Below, piece after piece: positions 47,147 to 57,333 of a stretch of 64,000 bases of DNA (within the stretch, counting starts at the first letter, position 1; the number at the start of each line of letters is the position of its first letter). This stretch comes from Vulcanimicrobiales bacterium (GTDB lineage Bacteria > Vulcanimicrobiota > Vulcanimicrobiia > Vulcanimicrobiales > Vulcanimicrobiaceae): the NCBI GenBank assembly GCA_038231455.1, contig JBBRLI010000016.1, forward strand, positions 9,257-73,256, in the 5' to 3' direction. A model generated the notes under the pieces. The model saw only the letters and a list, made by a program, of their open reading frames with translations. It was not told where the DNA came from and made no database searches. Position numbers and translations under genes: made by a program.

Positions 47147-48498
47147 ACGAACCCGTCCTTCGTCGCGCGCTCGGTGTCGTCGAAACCGCGGGCATCTCCG
47201 TTGCGATGATGGCGCCAACGGCAGCAATGGCGCTGAACGGCGCGCTCGCCGCGCAGTATGCCGGCGCTGCCGTGCCACTTGCTTTCGTGCTGGCCTTTGC
47301 GATCGTCGCTTGCGTTGCATTCGCGTTCGTCACGTTCGCCCGCGTCTATGCAAGCCCGGCCTCGGTCGGCGAATTCAACGCACGCGGCATCGGACCGCTC
47401 GCGGGGCGCCTTTCCGGCTGGACGCTCGTCTTCGCCTATCTTCTGTTCACCGGGGGATCGGCGGCGGAATTCGGTGCATTTGCATCATCAGCATTCGCAC
47501 TCGCCGGCTGGGCGTGGCTTCCGCTCGCCCTTGCGTGCATCGCCGTTTGCGGTTACGTCGGAACGCGACCGGCGCGCACGTCTTCACGCACGATGCTCCT
47601 CATCGAAGGACTCTCCGTTGCCGCGATCGTCGTCCTATCGATCGTGATTCTCGTCCGCGGCGGCGCGCACGGTGTCTCGTTTGCGCCGTTCGTTCCCAAG
47701 TCAAATGCGCTCGCAGGACTGGGACTTGCAACCGTGTTTTCGTTACTCTCGTTTGCGGGCTTCGAAGGGGCTGCGGTTTTGGGAGCAGAGTCGCTCGATC
47801 CGACGCGCACGATTCCTCGTGCGTTGATCGGAAGTATTCTGCTCGCGGGACTTCTCTACGTCTTTATCGCGTTCGCGCAATCGATCGGCTTTGGTCTCGA
47901 CCCAAAAGGGGTCGCCGCGTTTGCCGCATCCGCCTCTCCACTCGGCGATCTCGCTACGCGGTATACGAACGGGACGGTTGCATCACTCGTGATGGTTGGT
48001 GCGGCGATTTCCGCGTTTGCTGCGACCCTGGCCTCCGCGACGGCGGGGGCGCGTCTACTCTATGCATTTGCAAAAGACGGGCGTCTCGATAAGCGACTCG
48101 CCCACGTTTCCGGAACGAGCGGAACGCCGACCACCGCCTATACGATCGTGCTCGTTATCGGAGCGATAACCGCCGCGGGATTTGGAATCGCACGCATCAG
48201 CGGAACCGATACGTTCGCAGCCTGCGGAACGATCGCAACGCTCGCACTGATCCTCATTTACGCAACCGTGCAAATCGCGGCGCTCCGTCTCTTCGCGCCG
48301 CAATGGATGCTCTGGCAACGGGCGATTCCCATCACTGCGTTCATGGCGCTCATCGCAACGTTTGTCGCGAACGTTTTTCCTCTGCCGACCGGGCCGGCGG
48401 CGTTCTATCCGTATCTTGTGGTCGCGTGGATTGCCCTTGGACTCGTCGTCCTCCGCGGTCGCAGCATCCCTGCGGCCGATGCGTCCTCGGTATCCTAA
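47143..48498 (+). CDS. APC-family amino acid/amine permease
   Basis: About 12 TM segments, FAGFEGAA...E, ARLLYA; GTGA overlap with the amidase. Confidence 0.88.
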   Translation: MNEPVLRRALGVVETAGISVAMMAPTAAMALNGALAAQYAGAAVPLAFVLAFAIVACVAFAFVTFARVYASPASVGEFNARGIGPLAGRLSGWTLVFAYLLFTGGSAAEFGAFASSAFALAGWAWLPLALACIAVCGYVGTRPARTSSRTMLLIEGLSVAAIVVLSIVILVRGGAHGVSFAPFVPKSNALAGLGLATVFSLLSFAGFEGAAVLGAESLDPTRTIPRALIGSILLAGLLYVFIAFAQSIGFGLDPKGVAAFAASASPLGDLATRYTNGTVASLVMVGAAISAFAATLASATAGARLLYAFAKDGRLDKRLAHVSGTSGTPTTAYTIVLVIGAITAAGFGIARISGTDTFAACGTIATLALILIYATVQIAALRLFAPQWMLWQRAIPITAFMALIATFVANVFPLPTGPAAFYPYLVVAWIALGLVVLRGRSIPAADASSVS

Positions 48499-48502
48499 GC
48501 CG

Positions 48503-49090
48503 CTAGGCCGTGCGCACGTTCGCGAAGAGCAGCCCGACATAGAAGAGCAGCCACGCAAAATTAGCGACGGCGATCGCACGCTGAACGCCTTCGGCTTTGC
48601 TAAAAATTGGCACGATCGTAAGAAAGATCACGCCGACTTTTAGGCTGGTGTCCAGCCCGGGCGCGATATGACCGTCGAGTAAATATGTTTGAAAAAACGA
48701 CAACGCGACGACCACACTTTGCAATCCGAAGAATAAGCGGCGGTTATCGGCATACACCGATTCCATCGATGCATTCGCTGCGCGCTCGCTACCCGGTAAG
48801 AGCAGCGATGCATTGATGTAAAGAACCGTCGGCAGCGCAAGCGTCGTCAAAAAGATCGCAAACGTCCAATGGTCGTGGTGAAGTAAGCTGAAATCGGACC
48901 ACCACACAAGGGTGAGCAGCAAGAAAAGATTGAGCGCCCAGAGCAGCGTCGGCCAATAGATTTTCGCCGAGCGCCGATGATGCAAGACGCGTACGACCCC
49001 CGCGAGGATCTGCGACATCCCAAAGCCGATGACGATCGAAATGAGTACCGAGAGATAGGTAAAGACGTCGGAATTTCCGCTCACGGGCAA
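48503..49090 (-). CDS. Hypothetical multi-pass membrane protein
   Basis: FTYLSVLISIVIGFGM...YWP...WW...Y-x2-NRRLFF; about six TM segments. Confidence 0.7.
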   Translation of the reverse strand: MPVSGNSDVFTYLSVLISIVIGFGMSQILAGVVRVLHHRRSAKIYWPTLLWALNLFLLLTLVWWSDFSLLHHDHWTFAIFLTTLALPTVLYINASLLLPGSERAANASMESVYADNRRLFFGLQSVVVALSFFQTYLLDGHIAPGLDTSLKVGVIFLTIVPIFSKAEGVQRAIAVANFAWLLFYVGLLFANVRTA

Positions 49091-49170
49091 AGATGCGCCC
49101 CTTTGACTACTCGTGCTAATGTGCTATTGTATTAATGCGATAGTTCAATGTCGACGTTCGGAGGACCCGA

Positions 49171-50043
49171 GTGAATCTGATGAGTCTCCTTCGTGTAAGC
49201 ATGTTTGCCGTGTGGCTCGTCGCGACCGCCAGCCCCGAAGCCACTTCGACGGCCCCGCCGATCCTCACGCCCGATGCCATCTACCTGCGCTCCGTTGCGG
49301 CCATGAAAGCCGCGCCGATTCCAGCCTACGTGGCATTTCGTGAAACCGTCTCCGGACGAAATTTCCGTATGGCGTGCACGAAGGATGGCATGAGCCTAAC
49401 GCTCCATCACGGCGACTCCAGCGGCACGTTCCACGTGTACGTCCGCACGAGCGACGGAAGCGCCATCTCCCAAAACATCGCCGACGCAAAGGCCCCGATA
49501 TGCTCGGGAGCGCTTTTAATACCGGCTGGCTCAGAGATTTCGGCGCTGGGAGCGCCGCAAGCCACGGCTTCCGCGCAGCCGCACGATGCATCCTCAGACC
49601 TGAACGGACCGAAGATCATCGGATCGGTGCGCGTAAATAGCGTGCGCGATTATCACATTGATCTCGTCGGTCACGAAACGCTCGATGCAAACGACGTCTA
49701 TCATCTGCATCTGCGCGCCTATCGCAATCCTGAAATGCATCCACTCACCGATCTCTTCGTCGATCAGACAACGTTTCTCGTGCGCGAAGTTCGCGGCGAA
49801 GCCTCCGCGCACGCGATCGTCGGAAGCGGCCGCGTCGCGGGCATCGTCGATTTCGATCGTGTCGGCGACTTTTGGCTCATCAAGCGCGAGCACTTTGAAG
49901 CGGCAGCAAACGCCTTGCTCGTGCACGCGCGCATGAGCGCCGATATCGAAGCCAGCAACATGTCGACGCCGAGCGATCTTCCCGGCATCACCTTTCCTAC
50001 GGTCCGCCCATCGCCGAGCGCCGCACCATCGCGAAGCCCGTAA
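49171..50043 (+). CDS. Secreted hypothetical protein (LolA/sorting-like C-terminal beta fold)
   Basis: GGAGG RBS, signal peptide, YHIDLVGHETLD-x3-VYHLHL...LFVDQTTF. Confidence 0.6.
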   Translation: MNLMSLLRVSMFAVWLVATASPEATSTAPPILTPDAIYLRSVAAMKAAPIPAYVAFRETVSGRNFRMACTKDGMSLTLHHGDSSGTFHVYVRTSDGSAISQNIADAKAPICSGALLIPAGSEISALGAPQATASAQPHDASSDLNGPKIIGSVRVNSVRDYHIDLVGHETLDANDVYHLHLRAYRNPEMHPLTDLFVDQTTFLVREVRGEASAHAIVGSGRVAGIVDFDRVGDFWLIKREHFEAAANALLVHARMSADIEASNMSTPSDLPGITFPTVRPSPSAAPSRSP

Positions 50044-50074
50044 CCGAGAGCGATCACGATCGTCGAGCGAGTCG

Positions 50075-50109
50075 AAAAAAAACACCACGCATCGCTGCGT
50101 GGTGTTTTT
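50075..50109. terminator. Bidirectional intrinsic terminator between convergent genes
   Basis: AAAAAAAACACCACGCA-TCGC-TGCGTGGTGTTTTT. Confidence 0.88.
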
Positions 50110-50128
50110 GATTTCGGTGAGGTCGAAA

Positions 50129-50500
50129 CTACTTGATTTCGACTTTCGCGCCGGCTTCTTCGATTTTGGTTTTGATCGTCTCGGCTTCTTCTTTGGTGAT
50201 GCCGGTCTTGATCGCCTTAGGAGCCGATTCCACGAACGCCTTCGCTTCGGTCAGACCGAGCGAGGTGATTTCGCGGACAGCCTTGATGACTTTGATCTTC
50301 TCGGCGCCGATTTCCGTGAGGACGGCGTCGAATTCGGTCTTCTCGGCAGCCGGAGCAGCAGCGCCACCGCCAGCGGCGGGAGCAGCAGCGGCCGGAGCAG
50401 CGGCGCTAACGCCATACTTCTCTTCGAGCGACTTGACGAGTTCGTTGAGTTCGAGGACTTTGAGGTTATCGATTTGGTCGATGATTTCGGCAACGGACAT
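50129..50500 (-). CDS. rplL: 50S ribosomal protein L7/L12
   Basis: Ala-rich hinge, [26 protein letters not shown]. Confidence 0.98.
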   Translation of the reverse strand: MSVAEIIDQIDNLKVLELNELVKSLEEKYGVSAAAPAAAAPAAGGGAAAPAAEKTEFDAVLTEIGAEKIKVIKAVREITSLGLTEAKAFVESAPKAIKTGITKEEAETIKTKIEEAGAKVEIK

Positions 50501-50518
50501 GATAAGTATCTCCTAAAT

Positions 50519-51052
50519 TTATGAAGCGGTTTCCGCGGCTTCTTTTTGCTCGCGGATCGCATTGAGTGCGCGGACGAGGCCGCTTTGATTGCCGGAGAGC
50601 ACGTACACAAGACCCGACAACGGACTCTTGAGCGAACCGACGAGACGGGATAGCAGTTCGATTTTCGGCGGAAGCGACGCAAGCGCGTTGACTCCAGCCG
50701 TATCGACGAGAGCGCCGTCGATCCAAGCTGCTTTGATCTTCACCGCTGCGTTGGCATCGGCAAATGTTTTGAGGGCTTTGGCAGGCGCGACGGGATCTTC
50801 GCCTGCGAACACCACTCCGGTCGGTCCGGCGAGGACCGATTCGAGCGCTTTGGCGACGTCGTCACCGGCAGCGATCGAGAAGAGCGTGTTCTTGACGACG
50901 GAATACGTCGTCCCGTCTTTGCGCAGCTCGGTGCGCAGCTTCGTGATGTCTTCGACGGTCAGTCCGGCGTAGTTCGTGAAGAACAGGTTCTTCGAACTGG
51001 CCAGCTTCGCGCGGAGTTCATCGATCGTCGCTTGTTTTTTTGCGGTGGGCAT
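50519..51052 (-). CDS. rplJ: 50S ribosomal protein L10
   Basis: MPTAKKQ start at ATG 51052, YAGLTV, VVKNTL, LASLP. Confidence 0.97.
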   Translation of the reverse strand: MPTAKKQATIDELRAKLASSKNLFFTNYAGLTVEDITKLRTELRKDGTTYSVVKNTLFSIAAGDDVAKALESVLAGPTGVVFAGEDPVAPAKALKTFADANAAVKIKAAWIDGALVDTAGVNALASLPPKIELLSRLVGSLKSPLSGLVYVLSGNQSGLVRALNAIREQKEAAETAS

Positions 51053-51074
51053 CGACTCTCTCGTTTCTGATATG

Positions 51075-51215
51075 AAAAACGCCTCCGCAAACGTGCGAGG
51101 CGCGAGAGTCAACCGGCTGCCTGTTGAGAGGAACACCGGGGGAGTCGACGCATCCTCGATAGGTGCCGGATTATTCCGAGCATTAACCGCCGTGAGGCGG
51201 ACCTACGGTCATTGG
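51075..51215 (-). promoter_or_regulatory. Ribosomal protein L10 leader (autoregulatory RNA)
   Basis: Minus strand GACCGTAGGT...TTAAT...ACCTATCGAGG pairing typical of L10 leaders, then a GCGCCTCGCA/TGCGGAGGCG-TTTTT attenuator-like hairpin before rplJ. Confidence 0.8.
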
Positions 51216-51258
51216 AGCCAGCGATAAGTAAATCACAGAATCAGGCGGGCGGTCAAGC

Positions 51259-52029
51259 GTGACCACCATAGATGCGATGCGCGCGGAGCGCTGCGAGGGC
51301 GGCCTGTGGGCCACCTATGCGCGAAATATCGCAACGAGTGCTGATACGCAGGACACCGGGGCCATCGCCGTTGCCGGCGGCTTTGCCATTTGCCTTCAGG
51401 GCACGTTTCTTGAATACGCGATCGGGATCGGAGCGGTGCGCCCGCTCGATGAGACGGATCTGGGGGCGGTGGAGGCGTTCTATACCCGCCGCGGCCTCCC
51501 GGCGCGGGTCGAGCTTCACGAAGACGTCGCGGCCCGCGATGCAGGCTTGCTCGCGGCCGCTGGGTATCGGCCCGAGTTGACCCTGGACGTGTACGAAGCG
51601 GAGATCGGGCCAATCGATGTCACGCCTCCCCTGGGCCTCACGGTGGAAAAAACCGAGAATCGCGTCGAGTGGGCCGAGGTCCTCGTCGAGTCGAGCGACG
51701 GATCGGATCGCGCTCGGACGACGCGTTCGGTCCAGGTCAACGCCCATGCGGCCGTTCTCTATGCCGTTGTTGCCGACGGTCAAATGGTCGGCGGCGGCGC
51801 TGTCTCGACCTTCGAAGATGGAGCGTTGCTCTTCAGCGGCGGCGTGTTGCCGGCGTACCGTCACCGCGGCGCACACCAAGCGTTGATCCGCTCGCGTCTT
51901 GCCTATGCGCGTTCGCGCGGCAGCAGTTTTGCCGTGCTGAAGACGACGGCCGATTCGCCGGTGGCCGCAAACGCACTCGCGTGCGGTTTCGCGCGAACGC
52001 ATTCGCGCGTTCGCCTTCGCAAAGCATGA
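51259..52029 (+). CDS. GNAT-family acetyltransferase
   Basis: VLPAYRHRGAHQALIRSRL motif A; N-x3-CGF end. Confidence 0.8.
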   Translation: MTTIDAMRAERCEGGLWATYARNIATSADTQDTGAIAVAGGFAICLQGTFLEYAIGIGAVRPLDETDLGAVEAFYTRRGLPARVELHEDVAARDAGLLAAAGYRPELTLDVYEAEIGPIDVTPPLGLTVEKTENRVEWAEVLVESSDGSDRARTTRSVQVNAHAAVLYAVVADGQMVGGGAVSTFEDGALLFSGGVLPAYRHRGAHQALIRSRLAYARSRGSSFAVLKTTADSPVAANALACGFARTHSRVRLRKA

Positions 52030-52622
52030 TCGCGGCGATCCCGCCGCTCGCGCGCGTGCTGGCGGCCAAACTCTCCGCCCACGTGGAGCTTCAAGGCGAG
52101 CCCGAATCCGTGGCGCTCGCATTCACCCCGGCGATCGCGGCGATGGACGCGGCCGACCGGGCGTATCGTAAGGCCATCGAATCGGTCCTCGCACCGGCGG
52201 CGGCGAGCGAGGTACTGGGAACGATGGCGGCCTTCCGTCACCAGGTGACGCAAATCCGAGAGAATGCCGCAAAAGAAATCCGCGCGCTCTACGAACGCGC
52301 TGGGAAAACGTACGGCGACTACGATCCGCTCGACACCTACACGCCCTCGACCAGTGGACTTGCCCATGTCGACGGCGTGCGCGTCGCCGATCTCGGCGAT
52401 CGAGCACGCGCCGACGTCGCGCGCATACGCACCGAAGCAAACGCGCGCATCGCTCCGCACATCGGCACGCACGCGGCGGCGATCGTCAGCGAAAAAAAAC
52501 GCCGCGTGACCGCATTCAAAGGCGCACTCCACGAGGTCATCGTTCCGATCGTCGGCGGTAGCGCGCAAAGCATCTCACCAATTATCGACGATCTCGCTTC
52601 GATCGCAGACGGTTTTTATTAG
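52026..52622 (+). CDS. Hypothetical alpha-helical protein
   Basis: ATGA overlap with the GNAT gene; host-like codon usage. Confidence 0.6.
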   Translation: MIAAIPPLARVLAAKLSAHVELQGEPESVALAFTPAIAAMDAADRAYRKAIESVLAPAAASEVLGTMAAFRHQVTQIRENAAKEIRALYERAGKTYGDYDPLDTYTPSTSGLAHVDGVRVADLGDRARADVARIRTEANARIAPHIGTHAAAIVSEKKRRVTAFKGALHEVIVPIVGGSAQSISPIIDDLASIADGFY

Positions 52623-52674
52623 GGCGTGATGACCCGAGCGCATGTCGGGCCTTTACGATTCGCGGCGTCGCGTT

Positions 52675-53043
52675 TTATTCGGTCGGGTTCAGTGTGCCAC
52701 TCGTGAAGTAGCCGTACCGGCGCACGGCGCAATCCAACACGAAGACAACGCCCGGACTCTGCGCGAAGAGTTCCTCGAGGCCGACGACGATCGGATCCAC
52801 CTGCTGCTCTGTTACCACCGCAACGATGAGCATTTGGCTACTGAGTTCGTTGAAGAGCAGATGGCCTTCGTGATATCCATGATGGCCCATCCCCGAGACG
52901 TTCGGGATAACCGTGTAGCCGCTAACCGGAATCGCCCCCAGCAATTCTTTCACGGCATCGACACGTTCGCCGGGTACGACAATTTGAAGCATCTTCATCG
53001 GAGTCAATTGGACGGTCACTGATTTTCCTTTGCCTTGGCTCAC
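52675..53043 (-). CDS. PII-like (SbtB/DUF190-type) signalling protein
   Basis: MKMLQIVV...SGYTVIPNVSGMGHHG...GVVFV; GTGA overlap with dabA. Confidence 0.82.
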   Translation of the reverse strand: MSQGKGKSVTVQLTPMKMLQIVVPGERVDAVKELLGAIPVSGYTVIPNVSGMGHHGYHEGHLLFNELSSQMLIVAVVTEQQVDPIVVGLEELFAQSPGVVFVLDCAVRRYGYFTSGTLNPTE

Positions 53044-55757
53044 ACTGCGGATGCAATGCGATCGGTTTCAACCTGCGCACCGGTGATATCGCTCTGCGCT
53101 TCCCACGTTGCATCGGGCCGGTAATTCCAAAAACTGTTTGTCTCCGGATCGAATGCTGCGAGTCCGAGCCACTCATTGTGGAACAACCGCTGGAGAATCG
53201 CGTTGCGCGCGATCACACGGTCGATTCGGGCACGCGGCGCATTGACGATTGCGAGCAGTCGGAGCGGTTCGTGAAACCATCCATCGCGGTCGGCAAGCGA
53301 CTGAAGGGGCAGACCGGCGCGGATATCGCCTCGGTTTCCCGCCATGACGCCGATCCGTCCGACCACATTGTGAATGACTTTCGTGCCGCTCCCATAGCGT
53401 TCGTTGTCGACCGTTGCGAAGTAGTAATGATTGTTGATCCACTGGGCGACGACGAGCGGCGCGGTCATGATGATTTCGAGCAGCGTGCCGTCACGATCGT
53501 TTGCAACATCATATTCGTGCAGAAACGTCCGCCGCGCAAGATCGACACCGTACGTCATCGAACGCGGCGCGATAATAAAGGCCGCATTGCGCGCGAGCCC
53601 CCATTCCGGACGCACTTGCGCCCAGTCGGCAGACCGTGTGTCGACGCGCGTTGATCCAAGATCGCGCGCGCGTTCGCTCGCCAAATGCTTGTGTGCCGTT
53701 TCAAGATCGTCTTCGAGTCGCTCCAAATCGGCGCGGTGATCGACCGGCACGAGTCCTCGGTCGAGGATGGACACGCGATCGGTCGCGGTGTCATGTTCAG
53801 CCGCCACAAAGATCGTCGTGCTTGGGATGTCGATTCCGCGCGGACGTAAACCTTCGCGTACATCGTCCCGACTGAGCATCGCTGCGAGTGCGCGGGCGTT
53901 TGGTCCACCGCGGTATCCCGCACAGGCGCCACAATCAAGAGAGGCCTCGAACGGATTGTTCTCAGTCGTGCTTCCATGTCCAACGAAGAGCACCAAGCGT
54001 GCAAAATTATCGCGCATTCCCATGAGTGCTAACGCCGCTTCGCAAAAAAATAGGCGCTCGGCCGGTGTAAATCCGACACGATCGGCTTCATGTGGACTCT
54101 TCTCGAACGCGAGAACTCTCGGCACGTCGGGTACGATCGCGCGCTTTACGATCCTACGCAGCGCGCTAAAGAAGCGCGGTTGCAGCGTTCGACCCGCAAG
54201 CGGCAGCAAAAACAGCGCACCAATTGCCTCAAAGAGGACGAATGACGAACCGACACTGCTCTTGATCTCATCGAGCACTCGTTCGAATTCTGCGAGGAAT
54301 GCGCGTCCGGCACGATACCGACGGGCGCGCTTCTTCGACGCAGCGAGGTGCTCGACAATCTCGTGTTTTGGCGTAAGCAAGACGGGGCACGCGGGCTGTG
54401 CCCAGTCCGAGTCGAGCGCCCGAAAAGAAATCGGTAACCCAAAGAATCCAGCGAAGCCGCGTGTGCGATACGGGCCCGTTCTCTCGAGGTGACGTCGAAT
54501 ACCCTCGGAGCGGACGTCGATGCAACAGACAACATCGGCGAGCGGAGTTTGATTCGAGTCGGTGGCCTGTTCGATCGCTTTGAGCAGGCCATCGCGCGTG
54601 TGGATTTCATGCGCTTGCAGCCAGATGAGACCGCGCTCATCGGCATCGAGCGCGGTTGCGCCGGCAATAAGCCAGCGCACGTCGTCATCCTCGAGCGCGA
54701 GAACTTCCGTCTCGCTAAACTCGAGCACCGACGCCACGTTCGCCAAGAGACACGACTCATCGATGCGTGCGGCATTCTGTTGTACTGGGCCGAAGCGCGC
54801 GATAAAGTCTTCCCGGTCGAAGGCGAGGCCGCGGCGATCGGCGATCGTGCCGACGAGCGCCATCTCATACCACAGTCGAATCGCAAGATATTGGATCGGA
54901 TCGGTCGGTGCCGCGCGTTGTACCTGGTCGTTCGGATGCGCCGCGCGCCACTTGGCAATTCCGGCCCAACCGCTCAGCTTGCGCGCGTGCATCGTCAAGT
55001 AACTCGTCCATTCGTCGCGCGGGATTTGCATTACGTTGAGCGCAGCCGCGATCGTGTCCTCAGGGTAGAGAAAGACGTTCGAAAGGCGCTCTCGATACCC
55101 GTCGATCGCGTGAGCCGCGCGGCTCGTATCGTGCAGAGCGAGCCGGCGCCATGCGCCGTAAAGACCGAGATCGCGATACGGCATCGTCCATGCCGCTTGA
55201 CCTTCGTCCAGGAATGCCGCGCACCAAACGATGATTTGCTCGTCGATCATCGATGCCACTTGCGTATCGCAGATCGAATCGACCAGCTCGCCAAATGTTA
55301 GCGGCATGGTGGTCGTTGCCGCGAGACGCACAAATCCGGTATTCTTTCCGCGACCGATCCGCGCGACTGCCGCTTCATAGAGCCGGCTCCGTTCGAGCGG
55401 CGCACGCAGATCGTGCGCGAGGGACGCCCATACGAGCTCGCGCGTGCGAATCGGTTGACCCATGATGCGTCGCAAGCCGCTGGGAACAGCCGATGAACGA
55501 TGGACCGCCGACTCGAGTGCCGCCGCCGAAATCTGACCCGCGCGATATCGACGGCGATACTCCGCTTCCGGTAGAAAGCCGCATGCGCCGGTTTGCTCTT
55601 GCGTCCGGCGCAGCGCTTCGGCAAACGGAAGGTGTTCGAAACCGCTTAGTGGGTTCGTGGCGACGAACCCGCCGAGCGGCCATACCGCGGGTATGGAATC
55701 GAAGGCGATCGTCACCATCGAGCGGATGCGCGCGCGGAGTTCGGTATCGTGTTTCAT
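53040..55757 (-). CDS. dabA: DAB inorganic carbon transporter subunit DabA (DUF2309)
   Basis: WPL-x2-FVATNP, CIDVRSE, GHGS, LDCGAC zinc ligands, RPEWGLA, HEPLRL. Confidence 0.94.
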   Translation of the reverse strand: MKHDTELRARIRSMVTIAFDSIPAVWPLGGFVATNPLSGFEHLPFAEALRRTQEQTGACGFLPEAEYRRRYRAGQISAAALESAVHRSSAVPSGLRRIMGQPIRTRELVWASLAHDLRAPLERSRLYEAAVARIGRGKNTGFVRLAATTTMPLTFGELVDSICDTQVASMIDEQIIVWCAAFLDEGQAAWTMPYRDLGLYGAWRRLALHDTSRAAHAIDGYRERLSNVFLYPEDTIAAALNVMQIPRDEWTSYLTMHARKLSGWAGIAKWRAAHPNDQVQRAAPTDPIQYLAIRLWYEMALVGTIADRRGLAFDREDFIARFGPVQQNAARIDESCLLANVASVLEFSETEVLALEDDDVRWLIAGATALDADERGLIWLQAHEIHTRDGLLKAIEQATDSNQTPLADVVCCIDVRSEGIRRHLERTGPYRTRGFAGFFGLPISFRALDSDWAQPACPVLLTPKHEIVEHLAASKKRARRYRAGRAFLAEFERVLDEIKSSVGSSFVLFEAIGALFLLPLAGRTLQPRFFSALRRIVKRAIVPDVPRVLAFEKSPHEADRVGFTPAERLFFCEAALALMGMRDNFARLVLFVGHGSTTENNPFEASLDCGACAGYRGGPNARALAAMLSRDDVREGLRPRGIDIPSTTIFVAAEHDTATDRVSILDRGLVPVDHRADLERLEDDLETAHKHLASERARDLGSTRVDTRSADWAQVRPEWGLARNAAFIIAPRSMTYGVDLARRTFLHEYDVANDRDGTLLEIIMTAPLVVAQWINNHYYFATVDNERYGSGTKVIHNVVGRIGVMAGNRGDIRAGLPLQSLADRDGWFHEPLRLLAIVNAPRARIDRVIARNAILQRLFHNEWLGLAAFDPETNSFWNYRPDATWEAQSDITGAQVETDRIASAV

Positions 55758-57262
55758 CGCGTGGACACTCCCACGGCAAAGCGTTCGCTCAAGAGCCAGA
55801 CGTACACCCGATCGCGCACTGACATCGGCACGCGGATGACTCCCCAGCCCAGGATGAGCGTGAGCGCAAACGCGCCAATCGCGACGATCGCAAGACTATT
55901 CGGGACGAGCATCGCTGTTGCGACCACGTCGACGCCGATAAATCGGTCGAATGCCGACACGAGCAGCGCGTATGCGGGCAGCATCACCGCAACGAGCGCC
56001 GTCGCGATCGCGAATTCCGCGAGCGTGCCGCGTTTGACGATCGCGAATGCAGCTTGTGCACACGTAAGGGCTGCAAAGGCAAGCACGACCCAACCGTAGG
56101 GCGGCAGCGCTTGACCGAGCGAGGAGCGCACGACGAGTAGCGCGACCAGTACAGGAACGACGATGGCAAAGGCGGCGGCAAATGGTGCAACGCGCGTGCT
56201 CGAAGCAAGGTGGGCTGGGGCACGTAAACTGCGCTTGTGATCGTGAACCGCGTATCCCGACCCAAGAAACAGCGTCGCCTTGAAGATGCCATGTGCGAAT
56301 AGATGCAAAATGGCGGCCGCGAAAGCGCCTAAGCCGCATTGGAGCGTCATATAGCCCATCTGCCCGACGGTCGAGTAGGCTAGGCCGCGTTTGACGTCAC
56401 TGCGGACCATCATGCAGGAAGTGCCCCAAAGCGCAGTGGCGGCTCCCACAACGAAGATGACAAGAGCCGCACTCGGAGCATGCGCGACGAGCGGCGAGAA
56501 GCGCGCCAACAGGAAACCGCCCGCGTTGACGATGCCGGCATGCATCAGCGCGGAAACCGGGGTCGGAGCTTCCATCGTCTCGGGCAGCCAGCGATGCAAT
56601 GGAAACTGCGAGGATTTGCTAAACGCGGCGATCGTCAGAAGCGCGACCGCAAGGAGAACAAGGCCGCTCGGAAGTTGCGCCGCCCGCCCGATGATGGTGT
56701 CCAGGCGCATGGTGCCGTTCGCCAGACCCAGCACGATGCAGGCGCAGACAATGCCCGCATCCCCGATGATGAATGAGGTGCGCATAAAGCGCGCGGCGAC
56801 CATTGCTGCCGGACGGTCGCAAGCGTGCGTCTGCAGTTGATAGAGGCAAATACTTACACCGACCCATCCAAGGGCGAGAACAACGAGACTATTGGCGAGG
56901 ACGACCGCCACAACGGCCGTCGTAACCGCGCTTAGCCAAAAGAAAAAACGCGCATAGCGTGGATCGGAATCCATATAGCGCGTTGCAAAGGCATGCACGA
57001 GTGTCGATATTCCGGTAACGAGCACGAGCATCGTTCCGCTTAAACGGTCGATTCCGAGGAGCGGCCCACGCACCGCCGAGCCAAAGACGATGGCGCCGAA
57101 CACAAGCGCGCTAACGAGAAAGGTCGTGCCCATCGCCGCGGTCGTGAGGGCACCGGCGTGATGCTGACGTGTTCGCGGAAGCATCGTGAGGACGATCGCC
57201 GCAAGGAGTGGGCCCGCGATGATGAGGCCCAATCCAAAGCCGATGAGTCGGTCCAACACCAC
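55754..57262 (-). CDS. dabB: DAB membrane subunit DabB (NuoL/NdhF-like proton-conducting protein)
   Basis: KSSQFPLHRWLPETMEAPTPVSALMHAG, LAYSTVGQMG, HLFAHGIFKA; ATGA overlap with dabA. Confidence 0.92.
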   Translation of the reverse strand: MVLDRLIGFGLGLIIAGPLLAAIVLTMLPRTRQHHAGALTTAAMGTTFLVSALVFGAIVFGSAVRGPLLGIDRLSGTMLVLVTGISTLVHAFATRYMDSDPRYARFFFWLSAVTTAVVAVVLANSLVVLALGWVGVSICLYQLQTHACDRPAAMVAARFMRTSFIIGDAGIVCACIVLGLANGTMRLDTIIGRAAQLPSGLVLLAVALLTIAAFSKSSQFPLHRWLPETMEAPTPVSALMHAGIVNAGGFLLARFSPLVAHAPSAALVIFVVGAATALWGTSCMMVRSDVKRGLAYSTVGQMGYMTLQCGLGAFAAAILHLFAHGIFKATLFLGSGYAVHDHKRSLRAPAHLASSTRVAPFAAAFAIVVPVLVALLVVRSSLGQALPPYGWVVLAFAALTCAQAAFAIVKRGTLAEFAIATALVAVMLPAYALLVSAFDRFIGVDVVATAMLVPNSLAIVAIGAFALTLILGWGVIRVPMSVRDRVYVWLLSERFAVGVSTR

Positions 57263-57269
57263 ACGCCCT

Positions 57270-57313
57270 TACTAGAAATAGAAAGCATGAAAAACTTTGC
57301 TAGCATTCTAGTA
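57270..57313. promoter_or_regulatory. AT-rich inverted repeat upstream of dabB, candidate operator/promoter
   Basis: TACTAGAA-N28-TTCTAGTA perfect 8-bp arms; minus-strand TAGAAT -10-like hexamer in the distal arm. Confidence 0.45.
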
Positions 57314-57333
57314 CCATGAACGTTCCGCCAGCG

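Noticed and set aside
55754..57262. NADH dehydrogenase subunit NuoL
   Set aside because: No other nuo genes and direct coupling to DUF2309 identify it as DabB.
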